A DNA stretch of 63,991 bases, filler included, from Octopus bimaculoides (Eukaryota), in assembly GCF_001194135.2 (NCBI RefSeq). It is 6 parts of 6 records of this genome, joined end to end, with 100 filler letters (N's around TTAATTAATTAA, not from the genome) between each part and the next. Parts side by side here need not be neighbours in the genome. Positions count along the whole stretch, not along the records: positions 33,275 to 47,022 come from NC_068992.1; positions 47,123 to 60,992 come from NC_068982.1; 4 more parts are not named here. One strand, 5' to 3'. The notes below the pieces were generated by a model that did no database searches, had not been told where the DNA came from, and saw only the letters and a program-made list of their open reading frames with translations. Made by a program: the position numbers and the translations under genes. Below, one piece after another: positions 35,277 through 50,260 of this stretch. The stretch's first letter is position 1. Each line of letters opens with the position of its first letter.

Positions 35277-36046
35277 TGTATGTATGTATGTATGCATGTA
35301 TGTGTATATGTGTGTCTGTGTGTATGTGTGTATAATTGGATAAGATTATATATGTACGAAAAGGTGTGTTTATCAATCTGTATTTGTATAGAAATATGCA
35401 TAGAAATATTCATGAAGAGATGTAAAAACCATTGTCACTTTATCTACTATATTTGTGTGGGTTTCGTACTCCATGTTGTTTTTCTCGTTATGAGTTTTTG
35501 AGGGTTTTAGTTTCGCACAGGAGTAACAAATGTATCAAGGAAATTAAAATACTCATACGGCAGTTGCTAACATCAGGATATATCTTCCATTAGTGAAATC
35601 TGTATCAAGCCTCCGGACAATTTACATCGTGGCTGCAGTCATAAATATATGGAAAATTACTAGAAAAATAGTAAAGCAGAAAAATACTACTTTCCTCAGA
35701 CAAATGACAGGATTCGAGGGCTTAGCACAAAAGTTCTCTACTGGGGGCCAAGTGACCCTTGGGAATCGTCCATATAAGATTTTGTTGTTCAAAATTGCGT
35801 GCAATAAATTGCTTATAGTTGTACAATGTTCAAAATATTTTAAAAATTTATTAATAGAATTGCTAATAATATTTAATTATAAAAATGTAATAGTGGAGTA
35901 AAGTAAGAATCAAATGGGATCATAGGTAACAGAAAAAAAAAATAGAATCACAGGTTTAGCATTTCTAACTGCAATAAAGGACACTCCCATAGCATTTGAC
36001 ATCTGCTGGTTAAGTAGTACACATATATATATATATATATATACAC

Positions 36047-36084
<38 letters not shown>

Positions 36085-36297
36085 ATATATATGCATACAC
36101 ACACACATACATATACAGAGAGAGAAAGAGATTCACATTTTAAAGCAAATATGCATACACACCTAAGATAGGTAGACACATACAAACTCATACAAACATA
36201 TAATAATGTGTGTATATGTGTGTGTGTATGTGTGTGTGTGTGTGCGTGTGTGTGTGTATGTGTGTATACATATATATATTCTTCTGTTCTATTCTTT

Positions 36298-36450
36298 TCT
36301 TTTACTTGTTTCAGTCATTTGGCTGCGGCCATGCTGGAGCACCGCCTTTAGGCGAGCAAATCGACACCCAGGACTTATTTTTTGTAAGCTTAGTACTTAT
36401 TCTATCGGTTTCTTTTGCCGAATATCGGTTGTTAAGCGATGATGGGGGGG
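36298..36450 (-). mobile_element. Family B SINE 3' half
   Basis: CTTTTACTTGTTTCAGTCATTTGGCTGCGGCCATGCTGGAGCACCGCC. Confidence 0.8.
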
Positions 36451-39064
36451 NNNNNNNNNNNNNNNNNNNNNNNNNNNNNNNNNNNNNNNNNNNNNNNNNN
36501 NNNNNNNNNNNNNNNNNNNNNNNNNNNNNNNNNNNNNNNNNNNNNNNNNNNNNNNNNNNNNNNNNNNNNNNNNNNNNNNNNNNNNNNNNNNNNNNNNNNN
36601 NNNNNNNNNNNNNNNNNNNNNNNNNNNNNNNNNNNNNNNNNNNNNNNNNNNNNNNNNNNNNNNNNNNNNNNNNNNNNNNNNNNNNNNNNNNNNNNNNNNN
36701 NNNNNNNNNNNNNNNNNNNNNNNNNNNNNNNNNNNNNNNNNNNNNNNNNNNNNNNNNNNNNNNNNNNNNNNNNNNNNNNNNNNNNNNNNNNNNNNNNNNN
36801 NNNNNNNNNNNNNNNNNNNNNNNNNNNNNNNNNNNNNNNNNNNNNNNNNNNNNNNNNNNNNNNNNNNNNNNNNTATATATATAAAACTTCTCTTTAGCTT
36901 ATATATATTTTATCGGGGGGAGTGTATATGTGTATGTAAATATGAATATATACATATATGTACGTGTCTATGTGTGCGTGTGTGTGTGTGTCTGTGTGTG
37001 TGTGTGTGTGTGTATACATATACACATATGCATGTGCATATATATATATATTATCGAGACAAACTCATATGTATATCTATTATACGTATGATCAGGTAGT
37101 TAGATATTAATGTAGATATCAATAATGCTAAATAAAGACAAAACTATGGTTGTAGGAGAGAAAGAGCGTGGAAAGGGAGATGTTCGATGGTTAATCAATA
37201 ATCTTTCAAATTCGTTGAGCATAAAATTGGATTCATCCTAGTGTGGTTGAAGAAAATATATATATATAAAAAAAAACGACTTTTTCTTTTTCTCCTTTTT
37301 CAAAACACACACACACACTTACATGAGCACCATACACAATCAGTCATACAAACACATTTATACACTCATACATACAGCTCACACGTACAAACACACACAC
37401 CTACATAAACACTCACACCTACATAAACACACAAACACAATCTCTCCTTAGCCATAATTTTCCAAAGTGTTACAATCATTTTCTCTGAATATTTTCCACT
37501 TTTCCTATTTATTCGTTGTTATTTCTTTCTTTTCTTTTCTTTTATATGTGATTTGATTTCTCTTCTTTTTATTCCGTATTCTTTCAGTTACACATATACA
37601 CACCAATACATACAAGGTGTCTGTATGTATGTATGTATGTATGTATGTATGTATGTATGTGTGTGTATATGTACGCGTGTGATTCAAATTCAAATCTCGT
37701 GATTCAAATTCAATATCAAAATCATATTTTTGCTGTCGTCTTCAGTACAGTTGTTATGTTTATATTCTTGTTTTTGTTGTTCCTGCTGTTGTTAATATTG
37801 TTATTGCATTTGTTTTTGTTGTGACTGCTGATAAATGAAATCAACTGTGATTGATTTTGAAAATATAAGAATAAAACTAAGAACATTTAAAACAAAGTCA
37901 AGACAAAAGCAAGATGGTTACTTCCTTCTCTCGCCCTCATTTCCTCTCCCACTCTCTCTATGATGTTGGCATCGAATGGCTTTCCGTTCTTTATAATTTT
38001 GCTAACATGTCTGAAAACATTATATACTCACCGTTTTCTCTCTTGTCTATATGTATTGGGAGAGACATGCAGGGAATCTTTCATATGTTTTGTTATATGA
38101 TAACTGAACAGTATGGTGCCGGGTTTAGAAATAAGGAGACGGTTTAAAGCATCGGCTAATATTAATCGTGGATGGAGTAAAATATTAAAGGAAACCCCTG
38201 GACATTACTCTCTTGGTTGCTAGGACTCGTATTATGTCCTCGGATTTCAAAGTCTTTCATTTAAAATATCCACGTTTGAATCTACTAATAGCACGGTATC
38301 GCTTTAATTATTAAGCTCATTTATGAACTACGAGATTGCTTGTTGTCCTCTTCGATCTAGTGCCAAGTCCTATAATAGATTATGAAAAGGCGTACCCAAT
38401 GCCAAAATTTCAGAGCTTTATCAGGCGGTCGGATTTATTCGTATGAAAATCCTTCATTGATTAGTAATTTTCACAATCACCAGGTTTACTGACATCAGCA
38501 GGAATACACTTGAGGAAGTGTGTGACTTTGGTTACTGACCACGCGGATTCCACTGTCCAGTTTTACGTGTTACCGATGCTCAGTGAAGGATTCTTTCACA
38601 GAGATGGCACGTCTACCATGATGCTACTCACCATACCTTCACCGATAATCCGAGGCCGAGTGGTTGCTAGGTGTTATGCCTTTGCAAAGGCCAGCACCTT
38701 TTTAGTCCAGAACAGCATATTTACTGCTAATACTACTCGTCACATGGAAACCCACCATGTGAGTGCTCAGTCCGCTAATGCCGTTTGATGTGACTTGGCA
38801 GTTATGATACACACATACACGCCTACATAGAAATACACACACACAGACACACGGGTTTGCTGATACAAACAGGAAAATACAACTCAAAAGCATGAGTGTA
38901 TATATTTATTTATTATTAATTTGTAGAAGTTACAGAGTGACTAAAAGACTAATAGCTTCGATCATTGCAAATGCATGAAACCCTAAGCTCTTCAGTGACT
39001 TTGTAACCTATAGATAACTAATTATTTCAAATTTTAGCACAAAACCAGCAATTTCGAGGAAATG

Positions 39065-39245
39065 GGTAACACAATAACATCGATCTCAGTGCTCCGCCGG
39101 TACTTATTTATCGATCTCGAGAGGATGAAAGCAAAGTCGACGTAGGTGGACTTTGAACTTAGAAGAACGTAAAGACGGACGAAATGCTCCTAAGCATTTT
39201 GCTCGGCGTGCTAACGATGCTGCCAGCTTGCAGCCGCTCTACCGC
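39065..39245 (-). mobile_element. Family A SINE
   Basis: GGTACTTATTTATCGA..GATGAAAGCAAAGTCGAC..TAAGCATTT. Confidence 0.75.
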
Positions 39246-39778
39246 TTAATAATAAAAGAAGACATACATATATACATTAATACATACATACATACATACA
39301 TACATACATACAGACATACAGACATACATACATACAGACAGACATACAGACATACATACATACATACATACATACATACATACATAAAAGAAAATACATA
39401 CATGCATGCATTTATATCTAAACATGTAACTATATGCATGAGAATGCACGCAGAAAACAAAACATACAAATCTCCGCATACACCGACTCCAAATACTGCA
39501 CATATACATACAAACATACATACATACATACNNNNNNNNNNATACATACATACATACATACATACAGACATACAGACATACATACATACAGACAGACATA
39601 CAGACATACATACATACATACATACATACATACATACATAAAAGAAAATACATACATGCATGCATTTATATCTAAACATGTAACTATATGCATGAGAATG
39701 CACGCAGAAAACAAAACATACAAATCTCCGCATACACCGACTCCAAATACTGCACATATACATACAAACATACATACA

Positions 39779-39812
<34 letters not shown>

Positions 39813-41151
39813 CATACATACATACATACATACATAGATGCATACATACATACATATATACATACATACATATACACGTACATACAAACATAATCATACC
39901 TGCATATACATACACACATGGACTTCTGTGTGGCTTCCGTTCACAATATTTCACCAGGAAAACATTGGTCATCTCAAGGTTGTATACATGTAAAAGAGAC
40001 TACCTCGGGTGCCACGCAATACTATCAAACGCAACATTAAACGAGTACAAACGAAAACTTCTCAGTCCCGTCTGACTCCAGACGCCTTTGTTCACTAGTT
40101 TGTTAGTCGGATTTCCATGTGTAAAACTAGATTATCTTAACGAAGAGTTAAGAGTTAAATGTCCTTAGCCATGCAGACGTAACTCACCGCCATCTAGCGG
40201 CGAGACATTAAACCTTCACTAACCTATACCAACATGACAAACCAGCTGTGACTCATTTACAGATGAAAACTAAATGCAATTGAATATGCGTGGCGACTAA
40301 GTTACATCTATACATATTTATTGAAAGTAGTGCTCATTGAAGTACAATAATTTTGTAATTAAATATGCTAATGTATTAGATTCCCTGTACACCGAGACAT
40401 CTGTAATTAAATATGCAGATAGATTAGGTTCTTTTTTTTTGTTTGTTGTTGTTGTTGTGATTGTTTTTGCCGGGTTTTTTTTTCTTTTTGCTATGTTTTT
40501 GTTTTTTAAATTAGGTTTATGAATTCAGAAATGAAATAAAAAATATAAAGAAAATAGAACCAAAAAGAAAAAAAAAATAGAATTCGTGTTCACTTTCATG
40601 TCAGCTAATAAATGTCTGTTTCAAAGTATATAGTTAAACAAGACGCACATATATATGAATGTATGTATGTGTATGTGTATACATACACACACACACACAC
40701 ATNNNNNNNNNNNNNNNNNNNNNNNNNNNNNNNNNNNNNNNNNNNNNNNNNNNNNNNNNNNNNNNNNNNNNNNNNNNNNNNNNNNNNNNNNNNNNNNNNN
40801 NNNNNNNNNNNNNNNNNNNNNNNNNNNNNNNNNNNNNNNNNNNNNNNNNNNNNNNNNNNNNNNNNNNNNNNNNNNNNNNNNNNNNNNNNNNNNNNNNNNN
40901 NNNNNNNNNNNNNNNNNNNNNNNNNNNNNNNNNNNNNNNNNNNNNNNNNNNNNNNNNNNNNNNNNNNNNNNNNNNNNNNNNNNNNNNNNNNNNNNNNNNN
41001 NNNNNNNNNNNNNNNNNNNNNNNNNNNNNNNNNNNNNNNNNNNNNNNNNNNNNNNACACATATATACATATATATATACAAATATATATATACATACATT
41101 ATATATATATATATATACACACATCATATATATATACATACACACACACAC

Positions 41152-41212
<61 letters not shown>

Positions 41213-41288
41213 CATATACATAAATACATATATATGATTATATGTATATGTATACATACATACATATGTACATACACACGCACACACG

Positions 41289-41790
41289 CACAGTGGTTAG
41301 GGCAGCGGACTCGCTGTCGTAGGATCGCGGTTTCGATTCCCAGACCAGGCATTGTGAGTGTTTATTGAGCGAAAACACCTAAAGCTCCACGAGGCTCCGG
41401 CAGGGGGTGGTTGTGGACCCTGCTGTACTCTTTCACCACAGCTTTCTCTTACACGTTCTTCCTGTTTCTGTTGTGCCTTTATTTCAAAGGGGCCAGCCTA
41501 GCTACACTCTGTGTCACGGTGAATCTCCCCGAGAACTACGTTCAGGGTACACGTGTCTGTGGAGTGCTCAGCTACTTCCACGTTAATAAACGAGTTGCGA
41601 CGTCACTGGTGCGAAGCTGTATCGGCCCTTGCCTTTCCCTTGGATAACATCGGTGGCGTGGAGAGTGGAGGCTGGTATGCATGGGTGACTGCTGGTCTTC
41701 CATAAAACAACCTTGCCCAGACTTGTTCCTCGGAGGGTCACTTTCTAGTTGCAATCCTATGGTCATTCATGACCGAAGGGGGTCTCAGCA
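41289..41790 (+). mobile_element. Family D SINE (41289-41590) followed by another GC-richer repeat fragment (41600-41790)
   Basis: CAGTGGTTAGGGCAGCGGACTCGC..GGTTTCGATTCCCAGACC. Confidence 0.75.
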
Positions 41791-42787
41791 TTATATGAAC
41801 ACACACACACACANNNNNNNNNNNNNNNNNNNNNNNNNNNNNNNNNNNNNNNNNNNNNNNNNNNNNNNNNNNNNNNNNNNNNNNNNNNNNNNNNNNNNNN
41901 NNNNNNNNNNNNNNNNNNNNNNNNNNNNNNNNNNNNNNNNNNNNNNNNNNNNNNNNNNNNNNNNNNNNNNNNNNNNNNNNNNNNNNNNNNNNNNNNNNNN
42001 NNNNNNNNNNNNNNNNNNNNNNNNNNNNNNNNNNNNNNNNNNNNNNNNNNNNNNNNNNNNNNNNNNNNNNNNNNNNNNNNNNNNNNNNNNNNNNNNNNNN
42101 NNNNNNNNNNNNNNNNNNNNNNNNNNNNNNNNNNNNNNNNNNNNNNNNNNNNNNNNNNNNNNNNNNNNNNNNNNNNNNNNNNNNNNNNNNNNNNNNNNNN
42201 NNNNNNNNNNNNNNNNNNNNNNNNNNNNNNNNNNNNNNNNNNNNNNNNNNNNNNNNNNNNNNNNNNNNNNNNNNNNNNNNNNNNNNNNNNNNNNNNNNNN
42301 NNNNNNNNNNNNNNNNNNNNNNNNNNNNNNNNNNNNNNNNNNNNNNNNNNNNNNNNNNNNNNNNNNNNNNNNNNNNNNNNNNNNNNNNNNNNNNNNNNNN
42401 NNNNNNNNNNNNNNNNNNNNNNNNNNNNNNNNNNNNNNNNNNNNNNNNNNNNNNNNNNNNNNNNNNNNNNNNNNNNNNNNNNNNNNNNNNNNNNNNNNNN
42501 NNNNNNNNNNNNNNNNNNNNNNNNNNNNNNNNNNNNNNNNNNNNNNNNNNNNNNNNNNNNNNNNNNNNNNNNNNNNNNNNNNNNNNNNNNNNNNNNNNNN
42601 NNNNNNNNNNNNNNNNNNNNNNNNNNNNNNNNNNNNNNNNNNNNNNNNNNNNNNNNNNNNNNNNNNNNNNNNNNNNNNNNNNNNNNNNNNNNNNNNNNNN
42701 NNNNNNNNNNNNNNNNNNNNNNNNNNNNNNNNNNNNNNNNNNNNNNNNNNNNNNNNNNNNNNNNNNNNNNATATACATATATGAGTT

Positions 42788-42827
<40 letters not shown>

Positions 42828-42849
42828 TGTGTGCGTGTGCATCTGCATC

Positions 42850-43065
42850 TTCGTGTCTGTGTTCCGTCCCCAGCAATGCTCGACAACTTGCGTTGGTGTG
42901 TTTACGTCCGCACAGACTAGCGATCAGCAAAAGACATCGGTAGAGTACGTACCAGGCGTTGGTAAAATAACAATAAGTAATGTGATCGATTTGTTCCACC
43001 AAAATTCATCAAGGCGGTGCTGCAGCATGGTCGCAGTGAAGTGACTGAGACAAGTAAAAGATAAA
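42850..43065 (+). mobile_element. Family B SINE 3' half
   Basis: GGTGTGTTTACGTCC..GGCGGTGCTGCAGCATGGTCGCAGT..GACAAGTAAAAG. Confidence 0.7.
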
Positions 43066-43149
43066 ATAAAGCTTCAGCTCAAAGGCTGTGGTCATGCTAG
43101 AGCACCGCCAAGTGGTGTTGCTACACCTTCATTATCCCTCCTTTAATAT

Positions 43150-43740
43150 TTCGCCTTTGCTTAATGAGTGGGTTTGATGTTGCTCCCCTCATTCCCACTT
43201 CCTGCTATGAAGTTGGAACATTTGGAACTCTTGGTAGTAGGAGATTCAGGTCACTTATGAAGACATCTACATCCACACCATGTAGGTTTCTGAGTTCTTT
43301 CGGAAGGATAGTGAAGAGCTGTGAGCTCTTGAAATTCAACATATTGCAGTATCTGGTCCTGTATTTAAAGACGTCGAGCTGGCAGAAACGTTGGCACACC
43401 GGACGAAACGCTTAGCTGTATTTCGCCTGTCTTTACGTTCTGGGTTCAAATTCCGCTGAGGTCGACTTTGCCTTTCATCCTTTCGGGGTCGATAAATTAA
43501 ATACCAGTTGCGTACTAGAGTCGATCAATCGACTGGTCCCCTCCCCAGAAAATTCGGGCCTTGTACCTAGAGTAGAAAAGAGAATCTGGTCCTGTATTTT
43601 GACGGCAGCTTTGAATAAAAATGTTCCAGGACTGTATGGTGGAACGTTCTGTTAGTTGTTCCCACTCTCTAACAATACGCTATTAAATGGCATAGCTGTC
43701 AAGACGCCAATTTTAACCAAGTGAATTAAGAAACACCAAG
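43150..43740 (-). mobile_element. CR1/L2-group LINE 3' fragment interrupted by a SINE
   Basis: SKLPSKYRTRYCNMLNFKSSQLFTILPKELRNLHGVDVDVF once the SINE is removed. Confidence 0.7.
43367..43583 (+). mobile_element. Family A SINE with a perfect 16-bp target-site duplication
   Basis: ATCTGGTCCTGTATTT at 43351-43366 and 43584-43599. Confidence 0.9.
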
Positions 43741-44154
43741 CTATCCGATAAATANNNNNNNNNNNNNNNNNNNNNNNNNNNNNNNNNNNNNNNNNNNNNN
43801 NNNNNNNNNNNNNNNNNNNNNNNNNNNNNNNNNNNNNNNNNNNNNNNNNNNNNNNNNNNNNNNNNNNNNNNNNNNNNNNNNNNNNNNNNNNNNNNNNNNN
43901 NNNNNNNNNNNNNNNNNNNNNNNNNNNNNNNNNNNNNNNNNNNNNNNNNNNNNNNNNNNNNNNNNNNNNNNNNNNNNNNNNNNNNNNNNNNNNNNNNNNN
44001 NNNNNNNNNNNNNNNNNNNNNNNNNNNNNNNNNNNNNNNNNNNNNNNNNNNNNNNNNNNNNNNNNNNNNNNNNNNNNNNNNNNNNNNNNNNNNNNNNNNN
44101 NNNNNNNNNNNNNNNNNNATATATATACATACATATATACATATATGTATGTAC

Positions 44155-44191
<37 letters not shown>

Positions 44192-44708
44192 ACGTGAAGC
44201 TTGATCTATAAATCCATTTAACAACATAGACTCATGCAATATAATGTGCTGAAGGAAGCGTCTATAGATTTATTCAAAATTCCATGATTCATCGAATTAA
44301 TTTTTACAACACGCAACAACACATATAACGTATATGATATAATACATGACACTTTGATAAATGTTGTAATAAATACATGCATGGGCAACATAACAGATAA
44401 ATAGCATTAGCGTTAATAAATACATTTCTTCCTTACTACAAACGATAAAGGCAGGCAAATTATGCACTCCATAATATATAATTTATATTACATATACGTA
44501 CAGTGTGTGTGTGTGTGTGTATGTATGTGTGTGTGTGTGTATTAGGGATTCAAAGGAAGCCATATTCGATGAAAATTTAGTGATATGATTGAATAAATTA
44601 TAATATATAATGACATGGACTGGAAGCATTAAAAATATTACGTATATCTACTTATACAAATTACACAAAGTCTATATTTATTTATATTACGCCTATAACA
44701 TATATATA

Positions 44709-44813
<105 letters not shown>

Positions 44814-45510
44814 TTACATATGAATACATATGTATATATAAATAATATATATGTATATGTATGCATCGATATGTATATGTATTTATGTACAACACACACA
44901 CACACACACACACATACACATACATATATATGCGAGCATATTTTTATATACAGATAAATGCGGATCCACACATTTGAAAGGTAAATTACCGCATAATCAG
45001 TTATGTTAGCTGTTATTACAAAATCATCAAAATGCAGTTTAATGTTATGAGTGTGTGTTTGTGTGTATGTGTGTGTTTGTGTGTATGTGTGTGTTTGTGT
45101 GCTTGCGTGTTTGTGTGTGTGAGGAGCGAGGGAGATTGAGGGGGGAAGATTGAGAGCATGTGTGGAGTTAAGAGAGAGAGAGAGGGAGCATGGAGAGTGA
45201 TTTAATTAATGGCCACAAAGATATAGATAAAGATATGTAAATCAATAAATGATTAGATGGGTTGCTATGTGGATCGATAAATGAGAACATGGCTAAGTGT
45301 ATGGAGGGATGTAGGGGTAAATAGATGGGTGGATCAATGATTAGAAAAACAAACTGACATTTTTCGTTGCTGTTGTTGTTATAGTTGTTTAGCCTTGATT
45401 GAACCAATAAGTCATCAAAAGCGTTCCAGCCATGCCCATAGCGTCTCTACTTCCTCACATAGTATATCTCCGACTAAATTATTGACTTCATTATCTACAT
45501 TCAGCCAAAA

Positions 45511-46523
<1,013 letters not shown>

Positions 46524-47022
46524 GAGTGAGAGAGCAGTGCATGCCATCAAAGTGACACTGGAATAAAATATACGAAGCCCAATATACCCATCATGACTAC
46601 CCGTTTGATAAGGGTACACCAGGCACATGCCTCACAACCATATGTGCGTGACATGGTGATCTCATATCAAGGTAACCAGCACATGACCTCACAGGTGAGG
46701 CTCAGTTTGAATTTTCTTCAGGTCGAGTAGCACATCCCGCTCAAAAGGTCCCTGAATAAGGTTTGTTTAAGGATGTTGAGCAAAACACCCATGTTTCCAA
46801 AGGTGAATTATTCAAACTCCAAAGAATTCCTCTCAACACATGGCTATGATGCTCCCCCACTACTTCTGCTTGTGATCAGAGATGCACATATCGTCAGCCA
46901 CCAAGGGACATGCTCAACTGGTTAAGGTCAAACAACTGACAAGCAAATCTGTGGTATTGAGCAGAATATTTGCTGTAGCCCATCTTTTTATACCAAGACA
47001 AAACAATGTACATGATATCACT
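46524..47022 (-). mobile_element. Unclassified retroposon 3' portion ending in an (AAT)n tail
   Basis: Non-coding block of moderate GC directly abutting (TTA)n and cut by the scaffold end. Confidence 0.5.
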
Positions 47023-47122
47023 NNNNNNNNNNNNNNNNNNNNNNNNNNNNNNNNNNNNNNNNNNNNTTAATTAATTAANNNNNNNNNNNNNNNNNNNNNN
47101 NNNNNNNNNNNNNNNNNNNNNN
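47023..47122. other. Artificial scaffold-joining spacer
   Basis: N44-TTAATTAATTAA-N44. Confidence 0.95.
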
Positions 47123-47321
47123 TGTGTGTGTGTGTGTGTGTATGTGTGCGTGTGTGTGTAATCTTCTATTTGTTTCAGTTCATAAGTTGTGGCTATGCTG
47201 GAGTTACTGCTATTAATGTTACTACTCTTTTACTGATTCTCCTCTTCAGTTGGTATTTGATGAATGTGGGAGTTCGAAGTTGCTGCTCTCAGTTGCGTTT
47301 CTTACCACGTAGTACGCTCAC

Positions 47322-47439
47322 CTGCAACTGTATCAAAATGTCCAGCTGCTTTTTGAAGACGTCTACATCCGCTTTTGCAGTATCTGATTCTAAAATCAAG
47401 ATGGCGAGGATGTTATTATGTGATGGTGCAGTGGTGCAG
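47322..47439 (-). CDS. Candidate isolated coding exon: CTTAPSHNNILAILILESDTAKADVDVFKKQLDILIQLQ
   Basis: Acceptor actatttcag, donor gtgagc, 118 nt with one open frame. It loosely resembles kinase subdomains II-III. No partner exons were found. Confidence 0.35.
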
Positions 47440-47709
47440 CTGAAATAGTTCCCGTGAATGGGCTGTTGTTTGAGAATCTTTAAAAGAAAAGGAGCATTTT
47501 AAAAATTTCTCTTATTCAGATCTTTGCTATTTTTAGTCATATAATGTAGTCTTAATTATACTCTGTAAGAATTGACAAGCATCTTAACATTTGAACACAT
47601 ATTTAGATAGCTTCCAAACATCAATAAGAAAAATTGAAATGTACAGATATGTTTACGTGTTCGTGCATGCGCGCGTCTATATCAAGGATACATTCGAAAA
47701 TTCATGAGC

Positions 47710-47747
<38 letters not shown>

Positions 47748-47987
47748 GTATATATATATGTATATATATATATATGCATATATATACGTACACACACATA
47801 TATGCGTGTATGGGAACATATGAGCGTGTATTTTTGTGTCTGCGTGCATATGTGTATGTGTGCATTAATGTGTGAGTGTGTATGTGTATGTATGTGTGTG
47901 TAATTATACTAGTAATCTTCATGGTTACATATTTCTTCATAATTATCCTCCCTATTCTTTATCTTTACTTCTGTCTCTCTCTTTCTT

Positions 47988-48027
<40 letters not shown>

Positions 48028-48976
48028 ACTCACACACTCATGCATACACATTCATACACACACATACACACACATTCACACGAATAGACATACAACCCAA
48101 CGTGTATCTGTGTCTATATTTATGTAACTCAAGTCTTTTGTACGTTCAATCAATATTAACTAGAAATCTCTCTATTTTTCCCAAGCTTCCCAGATATTCT
48201 TTTCGTGATGGATCCAACAGCAAATAATTCGATGATAATTATAAACAAATCTTGAAAACCAAGTTCAGCGTGTACGCCATAGCCTTTAGAAAGTCGACAA
48301 ATGACACTGCGAGACCTTTTTCAATAGAAAACTCAATCGGTGTTGTAAGCATGCTTCTTTCAGCAACGCAAACTATTGTGGGTGGAGTTTGAATTTGCGT
48401 TTGTTAATCCTTCGGAAAAGAAATATATTACAATGGAGAAATCCCCTCGTACGATTTTCTGATTGTCTCATTGACCCCCATGTCGTTTGTCATCATTGTT
48501 AGATAAATCCGATCTCATGTCCTCAGGAGTTATCCGGTCGTCAAGTGATTGAACAAATGACACGACAGGTGAGTGGGTAGGGGAGGAAGAGAGAGAGAGG
48601 AAAAGGGAGAAAGAGAGAGAGAGAGCGAGAGAGAGTAAGAGGAACCCTTGACCGAGGTTTCGTAGATTCTATTGCTTTAAACAACTATATTACAAATAAG
48701 CTTGGCTTCAAAAACACAATGCTGCGGGATTAATCTATAATAGCATGTACTTATATTCGATGTCTTTCCCACGTTTCCAACAAACTTTTAAATTTGTACG
48801 GGTGGGTGGATCCTACTTAAACTATCTGAGTACATTTCGATTTGAAACATTACAATGCTTTTAATTTTTTCTTTCTTATCTTTATTTTTATTTATTTATA
48901 TTTATTTTTGAGTGATTTCTCTCATCACTATCATGGGATTTATCACACCTAAGTAGCTTCATCAATAAGTTTAGAC

Positions 48977-49325
48977 CAGAGGTTTTCACTCATTTTTCCT
49001 TATTTACACCCCCTTTGGTTTCTATTTTATTCTGGTGGACCCCCATAGCCATTCTATGTTTAGAAACTAGTCTTATAGACACTTCTTTCAAAATTCCTAT
49101 TTTACTTTTTCACACATTAACTTGTGTCGGTTGAACTATGTAAAACATTTGAGAAAGAACCTAACTCTTTCTTCTAATACATACCAATACATACATCTAA
49201 AGCAAAATTCTTCAGGGCTCTTAAAATACAATTGTGGATCCTCAACTTACTATTTTGTTGCATGGACCCTCAAAAATCTTATTTGGATCCTCAGGGGCCG
49301 TATGGACCCCAGTTCAGAACCACTG
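48977..49325. mobile_element. hAT (Charlie-like) MITE
   Basis: TIR CAGAGGTTTTCA ... TCAGAACCACTG; 8-bp flanks GTTTAGAC and GGCTGGAC (5/8 match). Confidence 0.7.
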
Positions 49326-49799
49326 GGCTGGACAATAAAAATACATATATACACATGTTCCCATTGAACACTTTTGGATTCATTTTTTTTGTATATTTAT
49401 TTGGCGGAGTGGGGGATCAACTTAATTTCATTTATTTATTTTAATTTTATTTTATTCATTTACTTTATTATTTTTTTAGTAAGGAAAGATAACTGAAGTG
49501 ATCAAAATATTAAACTATCAGGCTAGATCAATTACAGTATGCTTTCAAAGACAGCCTGATATACTGAAACTTAGGAGATGTATTTAAAACGTTATTAATC
49601 CTTGTCTATAGTAATTTTATATAGCTATTTATTTCCAATTTTCTGTACTATTTAGTACACTATCATTTAAAACTAGGTTATTTAGTTTACTAAAATGTAT
49701 ATCCTTCGTTTGTAAGGCAATTTTTCAGAGCAAATACTTATACAACTACTGAACACATAAATATAAAACTTTGGTACAATTTACACAATTATTTGAATA

Positions 49800-50260
49800 T
49801 TTTGTTTCTTTTATTCCTTTGCTTATTTCTGTCTTTGGATTGCGCCCATGCTGGAGCAATGCTTTGCAGGATTTAATCGATCGAATCAGCTCTAGTTTTT
49901 ATCTATTTTATTTTATTATTTTTTTTATATGTCTGATACTATTCTCTCAGCCGCTTTTGCTAAACCTCTGATAGTCAGAACGTAAGCAAACCAACACCGG
50001 TTGTCAAGTGGCAGGGAGACAATAACAACAATACGCACGCACAAACACACATACATAATATATATCATGCCTTAATCTTTTATCGTTTAACTTTTATCTA
50101 TTACAGTCGTTAGACTTGAAGAATTTTAGTCGAACGACTCGATCCCAGTTCTTATTTTTTAAGCCTGGTACTAATTCTATCGCTCTTTTTGCCAAACTGC
50201 AAAGTTACGGGGACGTAAACACACCACCGCCGGTTGTCAAGCGGTGGTGAGGGTCAACAA
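49800..50260 (-). mobile_element. Two family B SINE 3' halves (49800-50030, 50085-50260)
   Basis: CCATGCTGGAGCA, GTAAACACACCA..CGGTTGTCAAGCG. Confidence 0.7.

Noticed and set aside
38669-38699. Short hairpin around the palindrome GCCTTTGCAAAGGC
   Set aside because: Too short to exceed chance; not a histone stem-loop or other known motif
39280-39790. 254-bp tandem duplication
   Set aside because: Essentially identical copies on either side of a 10-N gap inside microsatellite, typical of an unmerged contig overlap
40188-40193. Possible first coding exon ATG GCG followed by gtgagt on the minus strand
   Set aside because: Only six coding bases, and no downstream exon was found in the scaffold
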